Assembly (NCBI RefSeq): GCF_054482525.1
Contig: NZ_CM137006.1
Direction: 5' to 3' (one strand)
DNA length: 64,000 bases
Under the pieces are notes generated by a model that saw only the letters and a program-made list of their open reading frames with translations, was not told where the DNA came from and made no database searches. The position numbers and the translations under genes are program-made. Each line of letters starts with the position of its first letter. The first letter of the stretch is position 1. Shown here piece after piece: positions 1 through 10,233 of this stretch.

Positions 1-808
1 CCTGTCGCTCGACAATGTAGCGGCGAAAGCAGGTTATTCCAAGTGGCACTTACAGAGAATGTTTAAAGATGTCACTGGCCATGCTATTGGCGCGTATATT
101 CGTGCTCGTCGTTTGTCGAAATCGGCGGTCGCACTACGCCTGACTGCGCGTCCGATTCTGGACATCGCGCTGCAATACCGCTTCGACTCTCAACAGACAT
201 TTACCCGCGCATTCAAGAAGCAGTTTGCCCAGACTCCTGCACTTTACCGCCGTTCTCCTGAATGGAGCGCCTTTGGTATTCGCCCGCCGCTACGTCTGGG
301 TGAATTCACTATGCCAGAGCACAAATTTGTCACCCTGGAAGATACGCCGCTGATTGGTGTTACCCAGAGCTACTCCTGTTCGCTGGAGCAAATCTCTGAT
401 TTCCGCCATGAAATGCGTTATCAGTTCTGGCACGATTTTCTCGGCAACGCGCCGACCATTCCGCCGGTGCTCTACGGCCTGAATGAAACGCGTCCGAGTC
501 AGGATAAAGACGACGAACAAGAAGTATTCTATACCACCGCGTTAGCCCAGGATCAGGCAGATGGCTATGTACTGACGGGGCATCCGGTGATGCTGCAGGG
601 CGGCGAATATGTGATGTTTACCTATGAAGGTCTGGGAACCGGCGTGCAGGAGTTTATCCTGACGGTATACGGAACGTGCATGCCAATGCTCAACCTGACG
701 CGCCGTAAAGGTCAGGATATTGAGCGATACTACCCGGCAGAAGATGCCAAAGCGGGAGATCGCCCAATTAATCTGCGCTGTGAACTACTGATTCCGATCC
801 GTCGTTAA
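1..808 (+). CDS. rob: Rob, AraC/XylS-family transcriptional regulator; 5' end cut by window edge (frame starts at base 2)
   Basis: ORF 59..808 and in-frame upstream codons translate to the Rob C-terminal region (...WHLQRMFKDVTGHAIGAYIRARRL...LRCELLIPIRR). Confidence 0.9.
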   Translation, partial: LSLDNVAAKAGYSKWHLQRMFKDVTGHAIGAYIRARRLSKSAVALRLTARPILDIALQYRFDSQQTFTRAFKKQFAQTPALYRRSPEWSAFGIRPPLRLGEFTMPEHKFVTLEDTPLIGVTQSYSCSLEQISDFRHEMRYQFWHDFLGNAPTIPPVLYGLNETRPSQDKDDEQEVFYTTALAQDQADGYVLTGHPVMLQGGEYVMFTYEGLGTGVQEFILTVYGTCMPMLNLTRRKGQDIERYYPAEDAKAGDRPINLRCELLIPIRR

Positions 809-1452
809 CGCTGCAGCTCATCTAATGCAGGGGCGTCCAGATGCGAGATGTCCCCTGCGGTTTCAACGACCCAGCCAGACGCCAGCCACAGGCTTTCCTG
901 ATAATCCACGCGCGAAATAGAACAGTTACGCAAACGTAAGCGACGCTCTGCCCATGCTGGTAATCCGAGAATCGTACTCACCAGGCATCCCAGTGCAATA
1001 CCATGGCTCACCAGCAGCGGTCGGCTTCCCTGCGGTAAGTCCCGGCAAGATTCCAGTGCCGCATTGACGCGATCGCTGAGCTCCTGCATTGACTCGCCTT
1101 CAGGAATACGCCCGTCAACGGTGCCATTGACCAGCTGCCGACGCCAGTTCTCTTCTTCTTCGGTCAGAGAATCGATATGTCTTTTTTCCAGCACACCCAT
1201 GTTTAATTCACGCAGGCGAGAATCAAAGATGATGTCACAGCCGCAGGCCTGGGCGATGATTTCCGCCGTACGCCGGGTGCGCCCTAAATCGCTACTGATG
1301 ATATGCGTAATGCCAAGCTCTTTGGCACGGGTTGCCACCTGCATCGCCTGTTGCTCACCTTTGGCTGTCAGCGGGCTGTCAGACTGGCCCTGAATACGTC
1401 GCTCGGCGTTCCACTGCGTTTCACCGTGGCGGACTAGGTATACCTGTAACAT
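805..1452 (-). CDS. gpmB: probable phosphoglycerate mutase GpmB (histidine phosphatase family)
   Basis: 215 aa ORF, MLQVYLVRHGETQWN... RHG phosphatase motif; convergent with rob, stop codons overlap. Confidence 0.9.
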   Translation of the reverse strand: MLQVYLVRHGETQWNAERRIQGQSDSPLTAKGEQQAMQVATRAKELGITHIISSDLGRTRRTAEIIAQACGCDIIFDSRLRELNMGVLEKRHIDSLTEEEENWRRQLVNGTVDGRIPEGESMQELSDRVNAALESCRDLPQGSRPLLVSHGIALGCLVSTILGLPAWAERRLRLRNCSISRVDYQESLWLASGWVVETAGDISHLDAPALDELQR

Positions 1453-1491
1453 GCTTTTTTTCCGTATACTGCTGTAACGTTAATTTTCTGA

Positions 1492-2354
<863 letters not shown>

Positions 2355-2386
2355 TTAGCGGGGGAAGCAAAATGCCTCCCCCGGTT

Positions 2387-2404
2387 GTACTCGCTAAAGA
2401 GTAC
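2387..2404. promoter_or_regulatory. TrpR operator in trpR promoter (GTACTC-N6-GAGTAC palindrome), autoregulation site; coordinates approximate
   Basis: palindrome GTACTCGCTAAAGAGTAC about 50 bp upstream of trpR start codon; matches known Trp-box half sites. Confidence 0.6.
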
Positions 2405-2428
2405 GATAGCATATCATAAACGTGCGGA

Positions 2429-4366
2429 TCAGTAACGACGTCCCCATTCCGTGGCGCTCATCAATGTCGGTTTATCCCCCATGAAATAGCGGTAGTAAGC
2501 GTCATAAGCCAGCACGTTCTTCACATAACCGCGCGTCTCGGAAAACGGAATACTCTCGACGAATGCCACTGCGTCGATACGCCCGGCGCTATTGCCAAGC
2601 CAGGTTCGCACCCGCCCTGGTCCGGCGTTATAAGCTGCTGAGGAGAAAATACGGTTATTACCAAACTGCTGATAAACATATTGCAGGTAACTGGTGCCAA
2701 TGTTGATGTTCGTTTCCGGATCCAGCAATTGTCCTGGGCTGCTATAACCAGGAATAGAGAACATCTTCACCGTATGGGTCGCCGTGCCCGGCATAATCTG
2801 CATCAGGCCGCTGGCCCCTACCGGTGATTTCACTTTCGGATTCCAGGCGCTCTCCTGACGGGCAATCGCCATCGCATAGCTTTGCGGGATCTCCTTCCCA
2901 CTGGTGTAACGTTTGAAAAGATCGTTGTAAGCCAGCGGGAATCGCTCTTCCAGATGATCCCATAGCTTCCCGGCGATCGTTGCCTGAACGCTAAGATCCC
3001 ACCATTGGTTATTGAAAGCATACCGAGCAAGTTGAGCCTGCTCTGTTTTTGACTTGCTCTTCACCAGATTGGCCCACTCGCTACGCGCGGTATTATCGAG
3101 ATTCCAGTACATCAACTCGCGCACGCGCGCCATCTCCGGCCCCTGAGTCAGGGCGCTGTCAACATTCTGCGGCGCTTTATCAATCTTCAGCTCGTACTCT
3201 TCACCGATGCGTTGTGCAGCAACCATCGGGTAGAAACCTCGCTGTTGCATGAGTTGATGCAAAATCTCTTTTGCTTCAGCTTCACGTCCGCGTTCAAGCA
3301 GTAAATCCGCCTGCCAGTAACGCCATTCATCTTTCTCTTTCGCCTCCATCGGCAGACGCGCCAGCCAGGTATTCAGGCCGCGACGATCGCCGGTGCCAAG
3401 CGCCATTCGCACACGGCGTTCAATAAGCGAAGTAGATTGCGAACGCATAATGGCGTCATCACGCCATTTCGCCTGTTCGTCGGTGACATCGTTGCCCATC
3501 AAACGCCAGGCGATGATATCGCGCAGCTCCTGAATCTGATCTTCATTAAGCTGCTGCGCCTGGGCAAGCGACGGGATCATCAGCCGTGCATTTTCAGCAT
3601 CCTGCCGCGCCACACTGGCAAACGCCACCGCCGCCATTTGACGGGTAAAATCGGTCGCTCCGGTTGTACGCGCGAAGGTCAGTACCGTATTAGGGTTGTT
3701 CGCCAGTGAAATGATTGCCGAGGCGATAGTCTGGTAATCGGCAGGCATCTGCCCTGCCAGCACTGTTACCAGGCCAGTGTTACCCGCTTTCATCGCCAGA
3801 CGGATACGCTCTAAATACGCCAGCGGATCTTGTTTACCTGACGCACGCCAGACGCTAAATAACTTGTCACAGGCGTTAGGCTGGCTCTTGCCGGTTAGCC
3901 ACAGCTCTTTCGCCCCTTGCCAGGCTTCTTCACTCTGCCCGGTATTCCATTTCGCATAGTAGTAATTACATTGCGCTTCGGTAGTTCCGGGCTTTTCCGG
4001 GCTAAAGGCTAACAAGCCACGCCAGTCTTCACGCCGCGCCAGTTCATTGACGAAACGAGATTGGAGCGTGCGAGCGGGAGGAAGCGTGGGGTTAGCGCGA
4101 ACAAAGTTAGTGACCGTCACCGCCGGTTGATTCATCAGGTCATCGGTGATCTGACGGTATTCCAGGTAGGGATAAAGCGGATAATCCTTCAGTCCAGGCA
4201 TCATTTGTTCGACCACATCCATTTGTCGATTATCCCAGGCCTGCTTGATTTGGGCGTAGCGGCTACGCTGCTCATCCAGTGAGTCGGCTCGCGCCACGCT
4301 GCTGACCGTCAGCAGACAGACACCGGCAGCCAACAGCCGCCAGGTAACGTGTTTGGCTTTTTCCAC
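2429..4366 (-). CDS. slt: soluble lytic murein transglycosylase Slt70 (GTG start inferred; ORF extends to 4396)
   Basis: 655 aa ORF; signal peptide VTWRLLAAGVCLLTVSSVARA, C-terminal GH23 lysozyme-like domain (...ESAWNPKVKSPVGASGLMQIMPGTA...). Confidence 0.9.
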   Translation of the reverse strand: MEKAKHVTWRLLAAGVCLLTVSSVARADSLDEQRSRYAQIKQAWDNRQMDVVEQMMPGLKDYPLYPYLEYRQITDDLMNQPAVTVTNFVRANPTLPPARTLQSRFVNELARREDWRGLLAFSPEKPGTTEAQCNYYYAKWNTGQSEEAWQGAKELWLTGKSQPNACDKLFSVWRASGKQDPLAYLERIRLAMKAGNTGLVTVLAGQMPADYQTIASAIISLANNPNTVLTFARTTGATDFTRQMAAVAFASVARQDAENARLMIPSLAQAQQLNEDQIQELRDIIAWRLMGNDVTDEQAKWRDDAIMRSQSTSLIERRVRMALGTGDRRGLNTWLARLPMEAKEKDEWRYWQADLLLERGREAEAKEILHQLMQQRGFYPMVAAQRIGEEYELKIDKAPQNVDSALTQGPEMARVRELMYWNLDNTARSEWANLVKSKSKTEQAQLARYAFNNQWWDLSVQATIAGKLWDHLEERFPLAYNDLFKRYTSGKEIPQSYAMAIARQESAWNPKVKSPVGASGLMQIMPGTATHTVKMFSIPGYSSPGQLLDPETNINIGTSYLQYVYQQFGNNRIFSSAAYNAGPGRVRTWLGNSAGRIDAVAFVESIPFSETRGYVKNVLAYDAYYRYFMGDKPTLMSATEWGRRY

Positions 4367-4495
4367 AAGCGCATCCTCTAAGTGTAAATACATCAATGCA
4401 GCGTCATGCCGCGTAATAGATTTATGCTAACCAGTCATTGCCGTTTACGCCACGTTACGGACACTTTTTTACTTTTATACTCTAAATAATTCGAG

Positions 4496-4600
4496 TTGCA
4501 GGAAGGCGATAAGTGAGTGAGTCCCCAGGAGCTTACAGAAGTAAGTGACTGGGGTGAGCGAGCGTAAGCGCAGCACATGCAACTTGAAGTATGACGAGTA
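4496..4600 (+). repeat. copy A of a ~100-nt structured repeat in the ettA 5' leader (second copy at ~59184..59288)
   Basis: ttgcaggaaggcgataagtgagtgagtccccaggagcttacagaagtaagtgactggggtgagcgagcg... about 85% identical to the sequence upstream of btsT; nested hairpin CCCCAG/CTGGGG with CTTAC/GTAAG. Confidence 0.6.
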
Positions 4601-4701
4601 TACTGCGAGGGTGATCGACCGGCTGGGATTAGATAAGGAAACAGGCTACACTTCGCCTTTGAAAACTCATCATCACGATAAACATAGAGGCGAAGTCCAA
4701 C

Positions 4702-6369
4702 GTGGCTCAATTCGTTTATACCATGCATCGTGTCGGCAAAGTTGTTCCGCCGAAACGTCATATTTTGAAAAACATCTCTCTGAGTTTCTTCCCTGGGGCA
4801 AAAATTGGTGTCCTGGGTCTGAACGGCGCGGGTAAGTCCACCCTGCTGCGCATTATGGCGGGCATTGATAAAGACATCGAAGGCGAAGCGCGTCCGCAAC
4901 CGGATATCAAGATTGGTTATCTGCCGCAGGAACCGCAGCTGAACCCGGAACACACCGTGCGTGAGTCCATTGAAGAAGCGGTTTCTGAAGTGGTTAACGC
5001 CCTGAAACGCCTGGATGAAGTGTATGCACTGTACGCCGATCCGGATGCCGATTTTGACAAGCTGGCCGCTGAACAAGGCCGTCTGGAAGAGATCATTCAG
5101 GCTCACGACGGTCACAACCTGAACGTTCAGCTGGAGCGTGCGGCGGATGCGCTGCGTCTGCCGGACTGGGACGCGAAAATCGCTAACCTCTCCGGTGGTG
5201 AGCGTCGTCGCGTGGCGTTGTGCCGCCTGCTGCTGGAAAAACCAGACATGCTGCTGCTCGACGAACCGACCAACCACCTGGATGCCGAATCCGTGGCCTG
5301 GCTGGAACGCTTCCTGCACGACTTCGAAGGCACCGTTGTGGCGATTACCCACGACCGTTACTTCCTTGATAACGTTGCAGGCTGGATCCTCGAACTGGAC
5401 CGCGGTGAAGGTATTCCGTGGGAAGGCAACTACTCCTCCTGGCTGGAGCAGAAAGATCAGCGTCTGGCGCAGGAAGCTTCACAAGAAGCGGCGCGTCGTA
5501 AGTCGATCGAGAAAGAGCTGGAGTGGGTACGTCAGGGGACTAAAGGCCGTCAGTCGAAAGGTAAAGCACGTCTGGCACGCTTTGAAGAGCTGAACAGCAC
5601 CGAATATCAGAAACGTAACGAAACCAACGAACTGTTTATTCCACCAGGACCGCGTCTGGGCGATAAAGTGCTGGAAGTCAGCAATCTGCGTAAATCCTAT
5701 GGCGATCGTCTGCTGATTGACTCCCTGAGCTTCTCGATCCCGAAAGGAGCGATCGTCGGGATCATCGGTCCGAACGGTGCGGGTAAATCGACCCTGTTCC
5801 GTATGATCTCCGGTCAGGAACAGCCGGACAGCGGCACCATCACTCTGGGTGAAACGGTGAAACTGGCATCGGTTGATCAGTTCCGTGACTCAATGGATAA
5901 CAGCAAAACCGTTTGGGAAGAAGTTTCCGGCGGGCTGGATATCATGAAAATCGGCAACACCGAGATGCCAAGCCGCGCCTACGTTGGCCGCTTTAACTTT
6001 AAAGGGGTTGATCAGGGTAAACGCGTTGGTGAACTCTCCGGCGGTGAGCGCGGTCGTCTGCATCTGGCGAAGCTGCTGCAAGTTGGCGGCAACATGCTGC
6101 TGCTCGACGAACCAACCAACGACCTGGATATCGAAACCCTGCGCGCGCTGGAAAACGCCCTGCTGGAGTTCCCGGGCTGCGCGATGGTTATCTCGCACGA
6201 CCGTTGGTTCCTCGACCGTATCGCCACGCACATTCTGGATTACCAGGATGAAGGTAAAGTTGAGTTCTTCGAAGGTAACTTTACCGAGTACGAAGAGTAC
6301 AAGAAACGCACGCTGGGCGCAGACGCGCTGGAGCCGAAGCGTATCAAGTACAAGCGTATTGCGAAGTAA
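4702..6369 (+). CDS. ettA: energy-dependent translational throttle protein EttA (ABC-F ATPase)
   Basis: 555 aa ORF with two ABC ATPase domains (GLNGAGKST... LSGGERRR...; GPNGAGKST... LSGGERGR...). Confidence 0.93.
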   Translation: MAQFVYTMHRVGKVVPPKRHILKNISLSFFPGAKIGVLGLNGAGKSTLLRIMAGIDKDIEGEARPQPDIKIGYLPQEPQLNPEHTVRESIEEAVSEVVNALKRLDEVYALYADPDADFDKLAAEQGRLEEIIQAHDGHNLNVQLERAADALRLPDWDAKIANLSGGERRRVALCRLLLEKPDMLLLDEPTNHLDAESVAWLERFLHDFEGTVVAITHDRYFLDNVAGWILELDRGEGIPWEGNYSSWLEQKDQRLAQEASQEAARRKSIEKELEWVRQGTKGRQSKGKARLARFEELNSTEYQKRNETNELFIPPGPRLGDKVLEVSNLRKSYGDRLLIDSLSFSIPKGAIVGIIGPNGAGKSTLFRMISGQEQPDSGTITLGETVKLASVDQFRDSMDNSKTVWEEVSGGLDIMKIGNTEMPSRAYVGRFNFKGVDQGKRVGELSGGERGRLHLAKLLQVGGNMLLLDEPTNDLDIETLRALENALLEFPGCAMVISHDRWFLDRIATHILDYQDEGKVEFFEGNFTEYEEYKKRTLGADALEPKRIKYKRIAK

Positions 6370-6399
6370 TGCATAAAATGCCGGATGCGGCGCGCCAGC

Positions 6400-6520
6400 A
6401 TCGCATCCGGTATTAGTTAAATGATTAGTCCCCGGAAAAAGGCAGAATTTTCTTTAAGCGTATTAGCTCAGATGCGGACTGACACCTCAAATCAAGCGGG
6501 AACTCATGGTTCCCGCTTAA
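6400..6520. terminator. bidirectional terminator region between convergent ettA and LysR-family gene (REP-like GC hairpin plus second hairpin); approximate
   Basis: gccggatgcggcgcgccagcatcgcatccggt hairpin after ettA stop; aagcgggaactcatggttcccgctt hairpin after LysR gene stop. Confidence 0.5.
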
Positions 6521-6524
6521 CGTT

Positions 6525-7412
6525 TTATTCACCGCGCAAAATCTGGCGGAAATGGGAAACCAGCGGACGTTGGTTGGCTTTATGCCAGGCTGCCCATAAT
6601 TGCGTTGAATAATTCATCCACGGCAATTCACGTAATACCACCCCTTCCGGCGCATTATGACGCAGACTATGTTGAATTAAGGCCAGACCTAATCCCGCAG
6701 CGACCAGACCTAAGGCCGTGAGTGGTTCACCCGCTTCCAGGCGAATATCAGGATTAAACCCGGCGTTAACACAGGCGGCGACAAAATGATCGCGAGAATG
6801 CGCATCGTCGTTATGAATCACCGCAATCCACTGCTCATCGCCAAGTTGTGACGCGACAAGGTTTTCCTCCTGCGCCAGAGGATGATTTTGCGGTAAGGCC
6901 AACAACATTCGATCATCCAGAACCTGAATATATTCCAGATCCTGCTCGCTGTCGGTGGGCGGCGTATCGACCAGAGAAAAATCGAGACTGCGCTGGCGCA
7001 GGCCTTCAATCTGGGTCGCCGGTGGTTGGCTGTAAAGTGCGATATGCACATTCGGACGCGATACACGTAACGTACGTAGCGCCGTAGAAAGCACACCGGA
7101 ATGCATGGCGTTTTCGATATAGCCAATACACAAGCCACCATCTTCCCCCCGTCCCAGGCGTTTGCCTAACGACTCCAGGCGGTTGGCGTGTGTCAGCAAC
7201 GAACGTGTTTCGGCAAGGAATGTCTGTCCATCAGCGGTCAGGCGAATGCGCTGCTGATTACGCTCAAACAGCGTCAGCCCCAGCCGTTCTTCCAGTTGTG
7301 CAATCTGGCGGCTCAGCGGTGATTGCGAGATATGTAATCGCTCGGCTGCGCGTCCCACGTGCTCTTCTTCTGCGACCACCACGAAGTACTTCAGTTGGCG
7401 TAAATCAATCAT
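6525..7412 (-). CDS. LysR-family transcriptional regulator (LTTR), divergent from AKR-SDR-SRPBCC operon
   Basis: ORF 6525..7505; LTTR HTH start MIDLRQLKYFVVVAEEEHVGRAAERLHISQSPLSRQIAQLEERLG at codon 32; ATG with GAGG RBS. Confidence 0.8.
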   Translation of the reverse strand: MIDLRQLKYFVVVAEEEHVGRAAERLHISQSPLSRQIAQLEERLGLTLFERNQQRIRLTADGQTFLAETRSLLTHANRLESLGKRLGRGEDGGLCIGYIENAMHSGVLSTALRTLRVSRPNVHIALYSQPPATQIEGLRQRSLDFSLVDTPPTDSEQDLEYIQVLDDRMLLALPQNHPLAQEENLVASQLGDEQWIAVIHNDDAHSRDHFVAACVNAGFNPDIRLEAGEPLTALGLVAAGLGLALIQHSLRHNAPEGVVLRELPWMNYSTQLWAAWHKANQRPLVSHFRQILRGE

Positions 7413-7458
7413 GTTAGACCTCAAAGGACTTAAGTCAGACGAATTATGTCCTATCAAG

Positions 7459-7482
7459 TCACAACCTCGCAAGGTATTGTGA
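7459..7482. promoter_or_regulatory. candidate LTTR operator TCACAA-N12-TTGTGA in the LysR/AKR divergent intergenic region; approximate
   Basis: interrupted inverted repeat between the divergent start codons (7412 and 7546). Confidence 0.35.
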
Positions 7483-7545
7483 TCCACGTCACAGGGCGAT
7501 AGCAAAAAAATGCCCTAACCCAAACCGAATAATTGAGGACATCTT

Positions 7546-8556
7546 ATGAGCATCAAAAATTTACTTCCCGGCAAAATTGGCTTAGGCGGCGCACCACTCG
7601 GCAACATGTTTCGTGCCATTCCGGAAGACGAGGCCCACGCCACCGTGAGCGAAGCCTGGAACCTGGGCGTGCGTTACTTTGATACCGCGCCGCTGTACGG
7701 CTCTGGCCTTTCTGAAATCCGCATGGGCGAAGCGCTGTCTCAGTATCCACGTGATGAATACGTTCTGAGCAGCAAAGTCGGCCGCATCATGCTGGACGAA
7801 ATGGAAGATCCGGCAAAACGTGATTTCGGTGAAAAAGGTGGCCTGTTCGAACACGGCCTGAAAAACAAAATTCTGAATGACTACTCTGCTGACGCCACGC
7901 TGCGCTCAATTGAAGACAGCCTGAAACGCCTGCAAACAGATCGTCTGGATATTGTCTGGATCCACGACCCGGCGCAGGACTTCTACGGTGACAGCTGGCT
8001 GGAACAGTTCAACATAGCCCGTACCGGTGCGTTTCGTGCGCTGACACGTTTGCGTGACGAAGGTGTGATTAAAGCCTGGGGACTGGGTGTGAATCGCGTC
8101 GAACCTTGCGAACTGACGCTGGCGCTGGACGAACCGAAGCCGGATGCGTTCCTGCTGGCGGGGCGTTATTCCCTGCTGGATCACGAACGTGCGCTGCAAC
8201 GCCTGATGCCAGAAGCACTGGAACAGAACGTGGATATTGTTGTGGGCGGTCCGTACAGCTCTGGCGTACTGGCAGGCGGCGAGCACTTTGAATATCAGAA
8301 AGCTTCTGCGGCCATCCAGCAGAAAGTGGCGCAAATTAACACCATTGCCACACGTTTCAATGTGAACGTTAAAGCAGCTGCGCTGCAGTTCGCGCTGGCA
8401 AACCCGGCCGTTGCGGCGGTTATTCCTGGCTCCAGCCGTCCTGGCCGTATGGCAGAAGATCTGGCCGCACTGAATGCGCCTGTTCCGGCTGAATTCTGGG
8501 CAGAAATGCGCCGTCAAAATCTGGTTGCGGAAAACGCTCCGCTGCCGACCCGTTAA
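7546..8556 (+). CDS. aldo-keto reductase family oxidoreductase
   Basis: 336 aa ORF MSIKNLLPGKIGLGGAPLGNMF...GVRYFDTAPLYGSG...; AKR signature; RBS TGAGGA. Confidence 0.8.
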   Translation: MSIKNLLPGKIGLGGAPLGNMFRAIPEDEAHATVSEAWNLGVRYFDTAPLYGSGLSEIRMGEALSQYPRDEYVLSSKVGRIMLDEMEDPAKRDFGEKGGLFEHGLKNKILNDYSADATLRSIEDSLKRLQTDRLDIVWIHDPAQDFYGDSWLEQFNIARTGAFRALTRLRDEGVIKAWGLGVNRVEPCELTLALDEPKPDAFLLAGRYSLLDHERALQRLMPEALEQNVDIVVGGPYSSGVLAGGEHFEYQKASAAIQQKVAQINTIATRFNVNVKAAALQFALANPAVAAVIPGSSRPGRMAEDLAALNAPVPAEFWAEMRRQNLVAENAPLPTR

Positions 8557-8575
8557 TCAACCTGGTGAGAAAACG

Positions 8576-9373
8576 ATGAAACTGGATCTGACAGGTAAAG
8601 TCGCGGTGGTCAGCGGCTCAACCTCCGGCATTGGGCAGGGTATCGCCGCCGGACTGGCAAAAGCAGGCGCAACGGTGGTTGTCGTCGGCCGTAAACAGAG
8701 CGGCGTTGATGACGCCATGGCTGCGATTGCGGCACAAACCCCCACAGCGTCACTGCGCGGCGTGGTGGCGGATCTCAGCACCGAAGACGGCGTGGCTGCG
8801 CTGATCGCTGCAGTCCCAACGGCTGATGTGCTGGTCAATAATCTGGGCATTTTTAACGATAAAGATTTCTTTAGCGTTCCGGATGATGAGTGGATGCACT
8901 TCTATAACGTCAACGTCCTCTCCGGCGTTCGTCTGGCGCGTCACTATGCGCCAGGCATGACGGAACAGGGCTGGGGGCGGATTATTTTTGTCTCGTCCGA
9001 ATCCGGCGTGGCAATCCCTGGCGACATGATCAACTACGGCGTCACCAAAGCCGCGAATCTGGCGGTTTCTCATGGTCTGGCGAAACGACTGGCGGGGACC
9101 GGTGTGACCGTCAACGCCATACTGCCAGGGCCAACCTTTACCGATGGCCTGAAAGAGATGCTGGCGGATGCCGCTGCACAATCGGGACGCAGTGCGCGTG
9201 AACAGGCCGATGAGTTTGTTAAAACCTCGCGTCCGAGCTCCATCATCCAGCGTGCGGCGGATGTGGAAGAAGTAGCGAATCTGGCGGTTTATCTCGCGTC
9301 ACCGCTTTCCTCGGCAACCACAGGGGCAGCCCTGCGCGTCGATGGCGGTGTCGTCGACACCCTGACTATGTAA
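8576..9373 (+). CDS. short-chain dehydrogenase/reductase (SDR) family oxidoreductase
   Basis: ORF 8474..9373; Rossmann motif start MKLDLTGKVAVVSGSTSGIGQGIA at ATG 8576 with GGTGAG RBS; YxxxK-type catalytic region. Confidence 0.8.
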   Translation: MKLDLTGKVAVVSGSTSGIGQGIAAGLAKAGATVVVVGRKQSGVDDAMAAIAAQTPTASLRGVVADLSTEDGVAALIAAVPTADVLVNNLGIFNDKDFFSVPDDEWMHFYNVNVLSGVRLARHYAPGMTEQGWGRIIFVSSESGVAIPGDMINYGVTKAANLAVSHGLAKRLAGTGVTVNAILPGPTFTDGLKEMLADAAAQSGRSAREQADEFVKTSRPSSIIQRAADVEEVANLAVYLASPLSSATTGAALRVDGGVVDTLTM

Positions 9374-9398
9374 CCCTATAAATTAAGAGAAAATTATC

Positions 9399-9815
9399 AT
9401 GGCTAAAACAACTGTATCGATCGAAATTCCGGCTTCTACCGACGCCGTATGGCAATTGATGGGCGGCTTTGATGCGCTGCCAGACTGGCTGCCGTTCATC
9501 CCGAAAAGCGTAGTGACAGAAGGCGGTCGCGTTCGTTCGCTGACAACCTCTGACGGCGGCACTGTGGTTGAACGTCTGGAAGCGTTTGATAACCGTCAAC
9601 GCAGTTATACCTATTCCATTATTCAGGCACCGTTCCCGGTGGTGGATTACCTCTCCACCATTACCGTTCATGAAACCGCCGACAGCCAGGTTTCCCGTGT
9701 GGAATGGTTCGGTGAATTCACCCCGGTGAATGTGACGAACGAAGAGGCCGAAGCGCTGTTTACCGGCATCTATCGGGATGGTCTCAAGGCGCTGAAGGAC
9801 AACTTTGTTGCCTGA
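9399..9815 (+). CDS. SRPBCC (Bet v1-like / polyketide cyclase-dehydrase fold) family protein
   Basis: 138 aa ORF MAKTTVSIEIPASTDAVWQLMGGFDALPDWLPF...; 25 bp after SDR gene, likely same operon. Confidence 0.65.
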   Translation: MAKTTVSIEIPASTDAVWQLMGGFDALPDWLPFIPKSVVTEGGRVRSLTTSDGGTVVERLEAFDNRQRSYTYSIIQAPFPVVDYLSTITVHETADSQVSRVEWFGEFTPVNVTNEEAEALFTGIYRDGLKALKDNFVA

Positions 9816-9972
9816 TGCAATCGACAGGCGTCGGAACGTCCGGCGTCTGATTATTAACAAAATCAGAATAGTCTATTGTCATTTGTATCATTTATGTTAT
9901 CAGGCAGCAGGCGTATTCTCTCCCCATCGCGTTAATAAACGCCAAACAATTAAGACACTCTGGAATATAAAC

Positions 9973-10185
9973 ATGAAAACGATCATCGCAATTTTTACAG
10001 CTTCTCTTTTCTCTGTCGCGGCGTTTAACGCATCGGCGCAAAGCGTGACAGCAACCGGTACAACACTGGATTCCGCTGAAGCGGTTATTGCGCAGAAAGC
10101 GAAAGAGATGAACGCCTCTGAATATAAAATTACCAGCGCTCGCATGGGCAATACCGTCACCATGAGTGCCGAACTGTATAAATAA
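9973..10185 (+). CDS. small secreted DUF1471 (YdgH/BhsA/McbA-like) stress protein
   Basis: 70 aa, signal peptide MKTIIAIFTASLFSVAAFNASA then ...ASEYKITSARMGNTVTMSAELYK typical of the family. Confidence 0.6.
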   Translation: MKTIIAIFTASLFSVAAFNASAQSVTATGTTLDSAEAVIAQKAKEMNASEYKITSARMGNTVTMSAELYK

Positions 10186-10233
10186 TCGCGCGAGGGACCC
10201 ATTACGTAATTTGCTAAATATGCGCTGAATGCG

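Noticed and set aside
2361-2386. GGGGGA-loop-TCCCCC hairpin between slt and trpR as an slt terminator
   Set aside because: No U-tract follows on the slt strand; may simply be part of the trpR promoter region.
4545-4835. 96-aa plus-strand ORF starting inside leader repeat A and running into ettA out of frame
   Set aside because: Overlaps the ettA start in a different frame and has an implausible composition; if the leader is translated at all, only a short peptide is plausible.
4435-5352. 305-aa minus-strand ORF overlapping the 5' part of ettA
   Set aside because: Antisense to a highly conserved ABC-F gene; low-complexity, Arg/Gln-rich translation typical of a GC-rich antisense frame; no RBS or family resemblance.
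8474-8575. N-terminal extension of the SDR ORF overlapping the 3' end of the AKR gene
   Set aside because: Extension lacks an RBS and overlaps the AKR coding sequence; a canonical ATG with GGTGAG RBS at 8576 starts the conserved Rossmann motif.
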